A DNA stretch of 64,000 bases from Azolla caroliniana (lineage: Eukaryota; Plantae; Polypodiophyta): contig JBHGNT010000011.1 of the NCBI GenBank assembly GCA_043228905.1, positions 18,166,001 through 18,230,000 on the forward strand, in the 5' to 3' direction. This document shows, in pieces, positions 53,211-64,000 of this stretch. The notes beneath the pieces are model-generated. The model did no database searches and was not told the DNA's origin. It saw only the letters and a list, made by a program, of their open reading frames with translations. The translations under genes were made by a program, and so were the position numbers. The stretch's first letter is position 1. Each line of letters opens with the position of its first letter.

Positions 53211-56200
53211 CTATTCTTCGTCCAAAATGTCCAGAATGCTTTGTTCGAGAGGCTCCAATGGTTCATTTGGAAGTGGTTGTTGTTGTTGTTGCTGCTCTGT
53301 TGATGTCTGCTGCGGCGGGTCCGTTGGTGCTTGTTGCGGCTGCTCCTCCGTTTGTGGCTCTGACACCAGCGTCTCCATCGTTGCTCCCTGCGTCGTAGTG
53401 GTCTCCGGTTGACTGGTTCCCAGCTGGCCCTCAGCCGGCGATGGTTCCTCATCACTAAGGTTAACCGTTGCCGCTTCCCATGCTTTTTCTTCCCGAACCC
53501 GGGACCGCTCGTAGCTTTCAAACTGGATTTGAGCGTCCAACCTATCATTGTCTAGCTGAGCTACGAGCTGCCTGACCTGCGCCAGTTGTTCATCTACCAA
53601 GACTTGGAAGTCGTCGGCCAGCTCGTCCCGTATGGCGGTGAAGTCCTCGGAAGTCAATGTATAACAATCATCTCCTTCCTTCCGCCGGTTTGCCACATCT
53701 GCCCGTAGCAACTGGAGTTCCGCCGCGTTTTGTGCCCACTTTGTCCACCATTTTACGGAGCTTTCATCAATTAAGTGTTTTGTCTGATTCAGCCATGCCC
53801 AGAGGATGGACTGAATCCGGCTCGTTCCCAATTGCGATTTGGTTTCCGCCGCTTTGCCGTTCCTCCTTCAGTTGTTTGATGATTTTGACGTTGTCCTCCG
53901 CCTGCGCCTTGTAATGCGTCAATTGCCTTTGATATGTGCTTTGTAATTTCTGCAATACTGTTGACGCTCTCTCTTTGTCTTCCTGCTGCTGCCTCTGGAG
54001 CTCCATCCGGACCTTCTCCACCTGGTCCAAGCGTCTTGTATTTTCCGCCCGTTCGTCGGCAATCGCCGTCGCGGCCCGATCAACTGCTTGCTGGAGCTCG
54101 ACCATCCGTTCTTTATGCTCCGTTTCCAACCGTTTCTAGTCCTGGTGCAGGTGCTCAAAATCATCCGTCTTTTGCTTGAGCCGTGCGTTGATCTGACGAC
54201 AGGCCCGGTCCTCGCGGTCCTTCTGCTAGCGGAGCTCTTCCTTTAGCCGTTCAATCTCTGTTTCCGCCGTTTTCCGCAGCTTGTCCTTTTCCTGCAGCAC
54301 TTTGTCTTTCTCCTCCTTTAGCCGGTCGTACGCTTGATGGCCTTTCCGGAGGTTCTCAGCAGTCTTCTTTAATTCGGCTTCGGCCGCCGTCTTCAATTCT
54401 CGTTCACGGCTCCTTAGCGCTTCTTGTGCGACAAGTTCATCTCTCAATTCCGCAAGCTCCTGGGCTTGCGCCGCATCTCTCGCCGGAACGGTTTCCGTTG
54501 CCGGGGTCTTATTGCTATGTACAAGTCGTTCCGTTTCTTTATTCTGTACACTTACCGGAGTCACCGGTGATTGGATCCGTATTTTGGCCATCTCTGTCGT
54601 GACCTGATCCAAGTCTTTTTCAAGGCACCGGATGCTGGACCGGGCCGTCTCTAGTTGTTCGGTTGTGACGAGCAACCGTTCACTTTGCGCTCTTTCTTCC
54701 GCCTCAATATACCCCACTGCTTCGGCTATCTGTTCGCCTATCCACCGGAGCCACAGGCTACCGGTGCCTTGTTGTGCTTTCACGGAGGTTTGACAGATGG
54801 GCTCACTTATAGAGGGGTGGTCCCGCCTGGTTGCGCCGAGTTGCAGTTCCGTTTCTGCCCGTGGACCACCCTGCTGTCCTGGTTCCCCTTGCGCTTCTTC
54901 TTGGATGACCGAGGGAGGCTGCATTGACCTTTCCGACTCTGGCAGGATGGGACTTGCCGGTGTTGCCGGTGGTGCCGGGGCTTCTGTTTCCGGTGCCATA
55001 TGCACCGGTTCCGGTTCCTTCCTTGGCGTGGGAGTCTCATTAAGGGGAGCCGGTGTTCCCTCCATCTGAGGGTCCGAACGTTTCCCGACTGTCTCAACGG
55101 TCCTTGCCGACGACCGTCGCTGGAGGTGCTCTGTGGGCTACTCCTCTATTTCCTCCTCCTGAACTCCGGCATTGAGTTTTGCCGCCAAGGGGTCCGCTTC
55201 TCTGTTCACCGGTCGGCGGAGTGTGACCTTTACGGGCCGTGCCGGTGGTTCCTCCTGCGTCTCCGTTGGGGGCTTCCGGCTGCCGCTTCCTGCTGCCGCC
55301 TATTCTGCATCCGCCGCCTTTCCCTTAGTGGCCTTAGAGGCCAACAGCTGTTGCCGTTTGGAAGCCGTCCTTGGGGTGCCGTCCGCCACTCTTCCTCGCT
55401 TCTTGGGCTGAACGGGCTGGACGGGTGGCACAAGCAAGGTGAGCCACTGCGTTACGGTGTGCCATATCCTCCGTCCGTCTTGGCCTTCTTTGCCGTCTTT
55501 GCCTCTGACGATCTCGATCGCCGCACACAACCCATCTGCGATCAATACCGGCCAATCCACCTTGATCCCTTCATAGGTGGCGATGATCATCCCTGCCCGG
55601 TTCTGCGGCATGACAGGGGGTCTAGGGTACACGTGGCCGTATTCATGGAGCACACGAGCAATTTCGCGGAACAGCATATCTCCGCCGCCCTGTGTCCGGT
55701 AGCCCTTGCTAGCTAGAGCCATATCCTCCGTCCGTCTTGGCCTTCTTTGCCATATCCTCCGTCCGTCTTGGCCTTCTTTGCCGTCTTTGCCTCTGACGAT
55801 CTCGATCGCCGCACACAACCCATCTGCGATCAATACCGGCCAATCCACCTTGATCCCTTCATAGGTGGCGATGATCATCCCTGCCCGGTTCTGCGGCATG
55901 ACAGGGGGTCTAGGGTACACGTGGCCGTATTCATGGAGCACACGAGCAATTTCGCGGAACAGCATATCTCCGCCGCCCTGTGTCCGGTAGCCCTTCTTTG
56001 CCGTCTTTGCCTCTGACGATCTCGATCGCCGCACACAACCCATCTGCGATCAATACCGGCCAATCCACCTTGATCCCTTCATAGGTGGCGATGATCATCC
56101 CTGCCCGGTTCTGCGGCATGATAGGGGGTCTAGGGTACACGTGTCCGTATTCATGGAGCACACGAGCAATTTCGCGGAACAGCATATCTCCGCCGCCCTG

Positions 56201-56467
56201 TGTCCGGTAGCCCTTGCTAGCTAGAGAGTACTCACCAAAATACCTGATGAGTTGCTTCGGGGTTGGATTGTCGATCGTGAGTATGCCTCCCTCCGGAAGG
56301 CCTGTTAACGCTCGAATCGCCTCTGCCGTTATGACCTCTGTATCAATTTCCTTGATCACTTTGTCGGCTTCTTTGTGTGGCGGTACTTTCATCATCATCA
56401 AGAAGCCCTCGAGCCTGTGTTGCTTCAGCCATGTCTTGGCGGCTTCTAACAGCGTTTGCGGGTCCAT
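53211..56467 (-). pseudogene. Extra ORF 3' of pol (unknown function, long coiled coil), disrupted
   Basis: Collinear fragments 55931-56467, 55300-56043, 54226-55065, 53767-54129 and 53211-53831; Pro/Glu-rich linker and E/K/Q/R-rich heptad stretches; ends 35 nt before the tRNA-like site. Confidence 0.7.
55461..56226. repeat. Near-identical ~250-bp triplication inside the extra ORF
   Basis: Copies at ~55461-55718, ~55749-55995 and ~55992-56226, plus a ~30-bp partial copy at 55719-55748. Confidence 0.9.
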
Positions 56468-59400
56468 GTCTGTGTCGAGGTCGGATGGCGGTGGCGAGGT
56501 TGGATGGTGATGAGAGTGAGGTTGAGAAAGAGAGAGATCAGAAGGCGGGGGTTCTCTGTGCGTAGGTTCTCATCTGATGATCTTGCAGCGTCTTGGTGCT
56601 TCTGTGCTCCTTGGTTCGCGAAAGTAGAGGGTCTCTACGCGCAGTGGTTTTTGTTTGTGCATTCTGGCGCCTTTTTCGAGTGTGTGCATGTCGTGTACTA
56701 AAATAGCATTATGTCTTGTGGTGGCGCTTTAATGGCCCACTACGTACCTTTTCGCTCCTCGCTCTTTCATCCATTCATTCCTCGCTTTTGCATGATTGTT
56801 TTTTTTTTTTTTTTTAGTTATTATTATTATTAGTGTGACGTCACTTGTCCGTTGGTCCTCTCGGACCCTTACCGGCCTCATTCTCCCCAGTTACCGGCTC
56901 GCCTTCTCTGCCGTCTTGGTGGTTGCCGTTTCCCTCACTGGTGTCGGTCCTTTGCTCAAATGGGTTCTTAGGCATCGGTCCTCTAATGCCTTCAACCGGA
57001 ATCCGTTGACCCATTTGCCTAGCACTTCGCCGGCAAGTGTCCCTAACTAGTAGGACCCATTATACTCCCGTGTTAGCCAATACGGTCCGGTCCATCTAAA
57101 CCGTAGTTTACCCGACATCTTGCCCATCCGGGTTTGGAATACTAACACCGGTTTGCCGATTGCGAACATTTTTTCGTTACCTTTCCTGTGCCGGTCGACA
57201 AATGCTTTCCGTCGCCGTTGCTCCAATTCTAAATGTAGGATGCTGGCCAGTCGTTGTTCCTCGAGCTCATACAGCGTTGTCAACCTTATTGCCTCCGACT
57301 CCTTCTCGTTCAGCCGTTCTCGTAGCTGGATCCGTAAGCTGGGTACTTGGAATTCTACCGGCATTACCGCCTCGAGTCCGAACGCTAACCGGAACGGTGT
57401 TGTTCGGATGCTCGTTTTGTATGTCGTCCGGTATGCCCAAAGCGCGCTATGTAGCTTTGTGTCCCAATCCGTCCGGTTTTCGTTGACGATCTTCCGGAGG
57501 ATATTCTGGAGCGTCTTGTTTGTTGATTCCGCTAAACCGTTCGCCTGTGGATAGTAAGGTGTGCTTCGTTTGTGGACAACGGCATAGAATGTCGTCAGGC
57601 TTTCCACTACTTGGCCAAGAAAGTGCCCCCCTTGGTCACTTATTAATTCAATTGGGCATCCGTAACGGCACCAGATGTATTCATATAGAAACTTCATCGT
57701 TGACGCAACGGTGTTATCCCGTAAAGCTTTGGCCTCCACCCATTTCGTGCAGTAATCCGTAGCAACGATAACGTATCGATTACCCGTTCTCATTGCCGGT
57801 GGCTTGAAAGGTCCTACAAAGTCCAGCCCCCACTTCTGGAATGGCTCGAGTGGTAGTACCGGCTGGTGTGGCATACGAGCCTGCTCCGTTGGCTGGCCCA
57901 TTCTCTGGCATAGGTCACATTCTTTTGCGTACCGTACTGCATCTCTTAATGTCGTTGGCCACCATAGGCCACTTTGCCATATTTTTCTGGCCGTCGCATC
58001 TCCGGCATAGTGACCGCCGGCAACTCCGCAGTGGTTTTCCCTCAGTATCAATTCCTTTTCATCGCTGCGCACCGCCCGTCTCCATATGCCGTCCGCGCCC
58101 TTGTGGTACAGTGTGTCTTGCAGTAAGCAGAAATGTCAGCTTTGCACCGCCAGGCGTTTCCGTTTGTCCCGGTTCATCTCTTCCGGAGGCAGTCCTGTGC
58201 TCAGAAACTAGTGCATATTTGTCAGCCATTTGTCTTCCTGTGCCACCGTCTCATCTGCTGCCGTCTCCGTAGTGACTCGAAACATCTCTGCATCCGGAAA
58301 CTCATCCGCTACTCCGTCACCCGTCTCTCCGAACTCTAATCGGCTTAAGTAATCCGCCACGGCATGACAGTAAGGTCCACCGGGCCAATTTTCCGGTGAG
58401 TGACGCTTTGGACACCAGGTAAAGGAGTGCCGAATGATCTACATGGAAGGAAAACTCCCTTCCCAATAAGTAATGTTGAAACTTTGTCACACTGTAGATC
58501 ATCCCTAGAGCTTCCCGTTCTGTAGTAGAGTAGTTCCGTTCTACTTGGGATAGCTTCCGGCTGGCATAGTACATTGGCCGGTACCACTTTGGTTCCGTAA
58601 GCTGCATTAGTACGCTTCCGATTGCGATGTCGGAGATGTCCACGAACACGTGAAATTCTTTACTCCAATCCGGAGGCTACACTACCGGTGCCTGCAACAA
58701 TAGTACCTTGAGGGCCCTATATGCTCTATCCTCGGTGTCGGTCCACTGGAATGGTGTCCGATGTACGGCGGCATGCAACGGTGTAGCCAGGTCGGCCAAG
58801 TATTGGAGCATCCGGTTGTGCCACCGGATCTGGCCTAAGAACCGGCTTAATGCCTTTGCCGTTACCGGCGCCGGTGCTTCTAATATGGCTTTCACTTTGT
58901 CCGGGTCGACTGCGATACCTTCCTGGCTCACAATATGTCCTAATAGAGTTCCACTGGACACGCCAAATACACACTTTTCCGGATTCAAGCTTAGCTAGTA
59001 CGCTCTACACTTTTCTAGACAAAGACGGAGATGCTAAAAATGGTCCTCCTCCCGGCTAGAGACAGCGAAATCGTCAAGGAAAACCTGCATAAAAGCCGGT
59101 ATATATTCACCAAAGATTTCCATGATGATTCGTTGAAATTTTGCCGGTGCCGTTTTGAGTCCGAACATCATCACCACGGCCACAAACACCCCCCATTCGG
59201 TGACGAATGTCGTTTTCTCTTGGTCGTCGGGGTGCATCCGGATCTTATTATACCCGTTGAATCCGTCTAGGAAGCTATAGACCTCATGGCCGGCGACATC
59301 ATCCAACACTCCATCTGTGAACGGAAGTGGAAACGCATCTGTTACCGTAGCCGCATTGAGTTTCCGGTAGTCCACGCAAACTCGAATTTTTCCGTTCTTC

Positions 59401-62400
59401 TTCGGTACGACTACGATCGGGCTCAGCCATGTCGCTTTCTTTACCGGACGGATAAAGCCAACTCTTATCAGTTTGTCGATTTCCTCCTTGACCTTGGCGG
59501 CATAATTGGGATTCATCCGGTACCGTCTTTGTGCCACTGGTTTTGCGTCCTTGCTCAAGTGCATCTGATGCTGGTATAACTGAGGGTCGAGTCCTCGCAT
59601 ATCTTCGTATGACCAGGCGAACACATCGCGGAATTCCGTGAGAAGTGTGATCATCGCCGTTTTGTCTTCGGATTTCATCTCCTTGGCAATGTGCACCGGT
59701 TTTGCTTCGTCTGTGGTGCCTAGGTTCACCTCTTCCAGTTGCGACGCTTTCACACGCTATGAAACGGCCATTTCCCGTTCCAACGCTTCCTGCGCTTGCC
59801 GTAACTCCTGGATTGCGTCTTTATCTGGTTCTGCTTCAGCCTCTTCCGGTTGCGGTAAGTATGGTGCTACTGCTTCGGCAATGTCAATTTCGAAGAGGGG
59901 TATGATCTTCGGGTTTTCCTGTAGGTACTGAGCTTCTTCTTCGTTCGCTAACCCTTCTAGCATGTTGACGCATTCCGCATACAACGGTGTACATTCCTTG
60001 CCAGTGCTCGTCCTTGGTTGTGTTGGTACCCGTACCTTGGCTTTTCCTCACCGGAAGGTAATTATATTTTTTCGCCAATTCTGTTTGATATGTGCCGTTT
60101 TCAACCATGGCCGCCCCAGCAATAGCGGGTATGCGCCTTGTGCCTGTAATTGTAGCACTACGGCCGAGATGTGAAATGTATGACCGCCGACGTTGACTTC
60201 TAATTTCTGTATTAATCCTGTCGGCCGCACTGAGCTTGTATCGGCCATCCACAACCAGAACGAACACGGCTCCCACTCGTGGATTCCTAGGTCATCACAC
60301 GTCCGGAGGCTTATTACATTTACCCCAGAGCCTCCGTCTATAACTGTGCCGGGGAGTTCTTTCCCTTTTACAATGGTAGTGATTACCGGACTACTGGTGT
60401 CCACCACCGTTGGTCCCTCCTCCGGATTCGAGAAGAGTATCGGTGCCGGTGATGGTTCTCCTGCCGTCATGGCCGTCTTCAGTCCTTCTGTGAATCTTGG
60501 CACGAGTTGTAGGAGTCTTCCTAGTGGTAACGTAATCTAGCATTCTTGCAACGCCTGCCATGTCTCGTTCTCGGAGTGACTACCGCCGGCAAGCCCTGCG
60601 GTGTTCTCCTTTTGCCGTTGTAAGTCTATGACATTCTACTCGTTTGCTTTCTTTACCCATTCCGTTGCTTGTTTCCGGATGGTCTCCTATGTCTCCCATT
60701 CTTTGGCCATGCCCTTCGACCTTGTGGTCACCTGCTGCAGATCTGCCACCTCAGGGACTACCATATTTACCGCCGGTCGTTTTTCATAGCTCTTCACCGG
60801 GCATTGGTTACTATAATGGCCTTCCTGTCGGCAGTAGTAGCAGTAGGCCTTCCGGGTATTGCTAGATTCGGCATTGTCTGTTGTACCCGGGGCAGGTCCT
60901 ACGGTACGGGCGAGGTTTTGTACCGGTTGGCTGCTTGGAGCTCCTTGTTCCGGATCCCGGGGGTAGCCGCCTTTTTTAAAATGTCGTTTTTTGTTATAGC
61001 TCTTCTTATTACGGTACTCTTGACGGGGTTGCCCGTTATATCTGCCGTATTCCTCCTGTTGCTGACGATGCTCGGGGGAGTGCTCCCGGTCGTAATGTTC
61101 GTATCGTCTATTGTAATCTTGGTACCGATCATGCCGGTCATAGTTATCCCGCCGATCACCATACCAGACATCATTTTCCCGTCGATCGCCATGCCGGACA
61201 TCCTGTGTTGATCGGTCGCAATCCATTCGCCGCCAGCGTTCGTCTTCTTCATCCCGGCTGCTGCGTGGCTCAATTTGTCGGACGAGCGGTGCTTGCCGGT
61301 TCAACAGATTATACTCGCACCTATCCGTTGTATAGCTCTTGGATTGACAGATTACACATTGCGTCCTCATAGTGCATTCTAGAGCCGAGTGCCCGGCATT
61401 CAAGCAGGTTGTGCACTGTATTGCTTGCCGAAACCGAAGGTCTTCATCGAACGGTAACGCCCGTTGAAGTGCTCCCAGTGTGAGCCAGGAGCTTGTCTTT
61501 TTCATCTCTCTCACCCGGTCAATGACCTGGTCGATGGTACTTGTGCGGAAGTCAATTACCGTGCAAACCGTGCGTAGGGGTTCCCGGAGCGCGTTTAGGA
61601 ATATAGTCCGTAATTCCTCCTCCAGGGGTGCGCGAGCAAGCTGACTATGCATCCATTGAAACTGGATGACAAATTGGGGAATGCTCTCCCCTGCCTCTTG
61701 CCGGATGGTATAAAATAAGCCTACCATTATGGTCTGATCCACCTCCTTTTGAAAAAAATGCAAGAATTTAGCTTTAAATCTGCAAAAGTGTTGATGGTAG
61801 ACGGGTCCTGCGTCCGGCGCCATCTTGCTGCCGGTCCCTCCAATGTGACGCCAAATTCCGCTATCTTAGAGCGTTCTTCTTCCTCCGGGGTCAATCGCTG
61901 GGACACATGGTTGGCTTCCCATGTCTGTTCAAAGGCGTGCACATGAGCTTCCGCGTCCGGATCATCTCTATACTTGGAGTACTGGAACGGCATGTCGTCG
62001 TCCGGTATCGGTGCGCAGGCTGGTAGTGTTGGTGCTCGTTCCAGAATTTTTTCCGGCGTCGGTTGTTTTTCCTCTTCCTTTGGTGACGGAGGCCTCTCCT
62101 CTTCGACTTCCGGTGTCAGAGGTCGCTCTTCCTCTACTGGTTCCGGGGGTTCCCGCGTTAGCACTTCCGGTTCCAGTGTCGGTAAGGTATCCGATCCTTC
62201 GTCCTCCGGTCTGCCCGAGGTTTCGTTGCTGCTACGGTAGTTCGTGTGCACGCTGAATTCCCCTTTGGAGTCCGATTCATATGCTAAAAAGGCTTCTGCT
62301 TCGCCTTCTCCGTTTGCCAACGCGTGGATAAGGGATTCGGTTTCCCGGAGGCTGCTTAGGCTGTTGTCGTCGTCCGGGTGCGATGTTTGCTGTAACCAGA

Positions 62401-62587
62401 GGGAGTCCTCCACTACTCTCCGGATTACGTTGGAAAATGAGCGATCCGTTCTAATTTCCTGCGCCGCTTGCTGGAAAGCCTCGCGTCTCCTTTGCCTTTC
62501 GGCAAGGCGTCAAGTTTGATCTGTAACCAGGTTGTGCGTTGATCTAGACATCCATCTGTGCTGTCGTTCGCTGCAAAAACAGGAATC

Positions 62588-62597
62588 GTGGTCGCCA
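62588..62597 (-). promoter_or_regulatory. Primer binding site, tRNA-Arg type (TGGCGACCAC)
   Basis: Lies 7 nt after the 5' LTR and complements a tRNA-Arg(UCG)-like 3' end GTGGTCGCCA (recalled sequence). Confidence 0.7.
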
Positions 62598-63183
62598 AAA
62601 ACTGTGTTAACTCTTAGGGCCGGACAATGGCCTAACACAGGGTGTCTACGGAAGACACTTCCCCAAAGGGTGTTACGGCAACCAGATTAGACTTCAACGC
62701 TTAATCCTACTTGATTAAGTTACTTATTATGATCGTCTTTCATAACACATGCGTAAGATATAACAATTAAGACAGAACGGCAATTAACACAGAGAGATAA
62801 CAACGCTTAAGCTTTCATTAATTAACCGCTCCTGATTACAGTGTATCCGGGCCTTTAAATAGGTTTCCGGTCTGTATTACAAAATGGTGCCATCCACACC
62901 TGTTCGGGATCGGTCCGGATCCGGAACGGCATACCGTTCCGGTCCGTCCGTCCACACTCATAGCTTAATTACAACCACATTCCTACTACTTAACTAACTC
63001 TCCGTTTCCCACTCTGAACTCCTTTGTCGGCCGGTAACATTCTTCAGCCGATCCGGCCGATGTTGAGCTTGTCTCTCAACACTCCCCCTCAAGCTCAACT
63101 TGAGGCTCTTCGGGATCTTCACAGCACCGGTTCCTCCTGGCTTCTCGCCTCGCTCACGCTCCTCGACCTGTTCGACTCCGCGC

Positions 63184-63903
63184 TGTCGGGGTTGCTACGC
63201 CCTTGCGTGTAGAAAGGAGGAGGGACCACGGGGGTCTTGAACCGAAGAGCAAGAGAGAGAGGAGTAAGAGAGAGAGAGACCCGATTACACAGAACCGAAG
63301 ATCCGATTGCGCAGAACCGACGATTGCACAGGGACACGGCCCAACAAACAGAGATCACAAATAAACGCCGACGCAGATGGACGCAACAACGAAAGATATG
63401 TACTTATGAATGCAAGAAAATAACAGACTAAAGTATTACAACCCACGGTGGGGCACGAAATAGATACTAACGAAAACGAACAGGGCGGCGAACAGATGCC
63501 GACCCCTGTATGTCGCGACGCACAGGAAGGGAAAACAGGTCGGAGGTGCTGCAGGACGCACTCGGGGCGTTCCACGGAACAGCGCAAGCCTCCTCGAAAC
63601 CTGCACAGGTACGCGATGGAGCAGAAGACAGAGAAAGCAGGAGTGAGAGAGAAGCTCCGAAATCGGTTCGGCAGCACTTCGTCCTCTCCGCGCGAGATAT
63701 CCCACTTCTATTCTTCCTCTTTCTTTTATAGCCCGTCAAGAGGCCGTTTGGCATTAACTGCATACCAACCGAATCTACCCACCTAGGATCCTCGTATGTA
63801 CCTACTTCGCCCTTAGGTACTTCTTGGCGCGTGTGTGCGTGTAGAGCCGTTTCCCCACGCCTTGTTCCTCCGATTTCTCTTGTGGGCGGTTTTCTTCACG
63901 ACA
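63184..63903 (-). mobile_element. 3' LTR (720 bp) of another member of the Trp-primed gypsy family; the element continues past the window end
   Basis: TGTCG..TTCACGACA, followed by tccgcccccacctaaccgcgcatccaccggcatgcgccaaatt, which is identical to the PPT/integrase end at 28138 onward. Confidence 0.9.
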
Positions 63904-64000
63904 TCCGCCCCCACCTAACCGCGCATCCACCGGCATGCGCCAAATTAAGTTGGCACGGAGAAAACCGGCCCGCCTTTACTCTTCGCCTGCCGGCCCTCCC

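Larger units (their letters stand above)
52904..63039 (-). mobile_element. Non-chromovirus Ty3/gypsy LTR retrotransposon with an extra 3' ORF and tRNA-like sites at both internal ends
   Basis: TSD TTCTT at 52899-903 and 63040-44. 5' LTR 62605-63039 (435 bp); 3' LTR 52904-53156 (253 bp, two internal deletions); ends TGTTA..TAACA. gag (CYYCRQEGHYSNQC), PR (IDGGSGVN), RT (FLDDF), RH and INT (WGLDFVGP, ISDQG, QANGLAE) carry stops and frameshifts. Confidence 0.93.
52554..63183 (-). mobile_element. 3' LTR (52554-52903 plus 63045-63081), PPT and 3' end of a copia-like element that probably extends beyond the window
   Basis: On the - strand the PPT CTTGAGGGGGAG (63093-63082) is followed by TGTTGAGAGAC..CTTTCTACA. 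This LTR interrupts the gag of copia copy 2, is split by the 52904-63039 element, and its internal region is interrupted at 63184. Confidence 0.75.

Overview
This is eukaryotic land-plant nuclear DNA with spliceosomal introns and plant gene families; a non-seed plant such as a fern is plausible but is only an inference. Four host genes are visible: a 5-exon SOSEKI polarity gene (-), an intronless P2B Ca2+-ATPase (+), a 2-exon arogenate-dehydratase-like gene (-) that has a GC-AG intron and lacks half of its catalytic domain, and an intronless chloroplast DnaJ11-type J-protein (-). From about 25.5 kb onward the window is mostly nested, degenerate LTR retrotransposons (Ty1/copia, three Ty3/gypsy lineages, solo LTRs) plus a LINE remnant, and most LTR ends and TSDs resolve to the base. 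The most notable signals are: (1) a gypsy element with tRNA-Arg-type 3'-end sites at BOTH internal LTR boundaries and no polypurine tract; (2) the ADT-like gene, which keeps an intact ACT domain and open frame and may be a pseudoenzyme; (3) a slippery heptamer plus predicted pseudoknot for -1 frameshifting between protease and RT in a tRNA-Trp-primed gypsy family whose 4-bp target sites are centred on CG. All tRNA and family assignments are from memory and need database confirmation.
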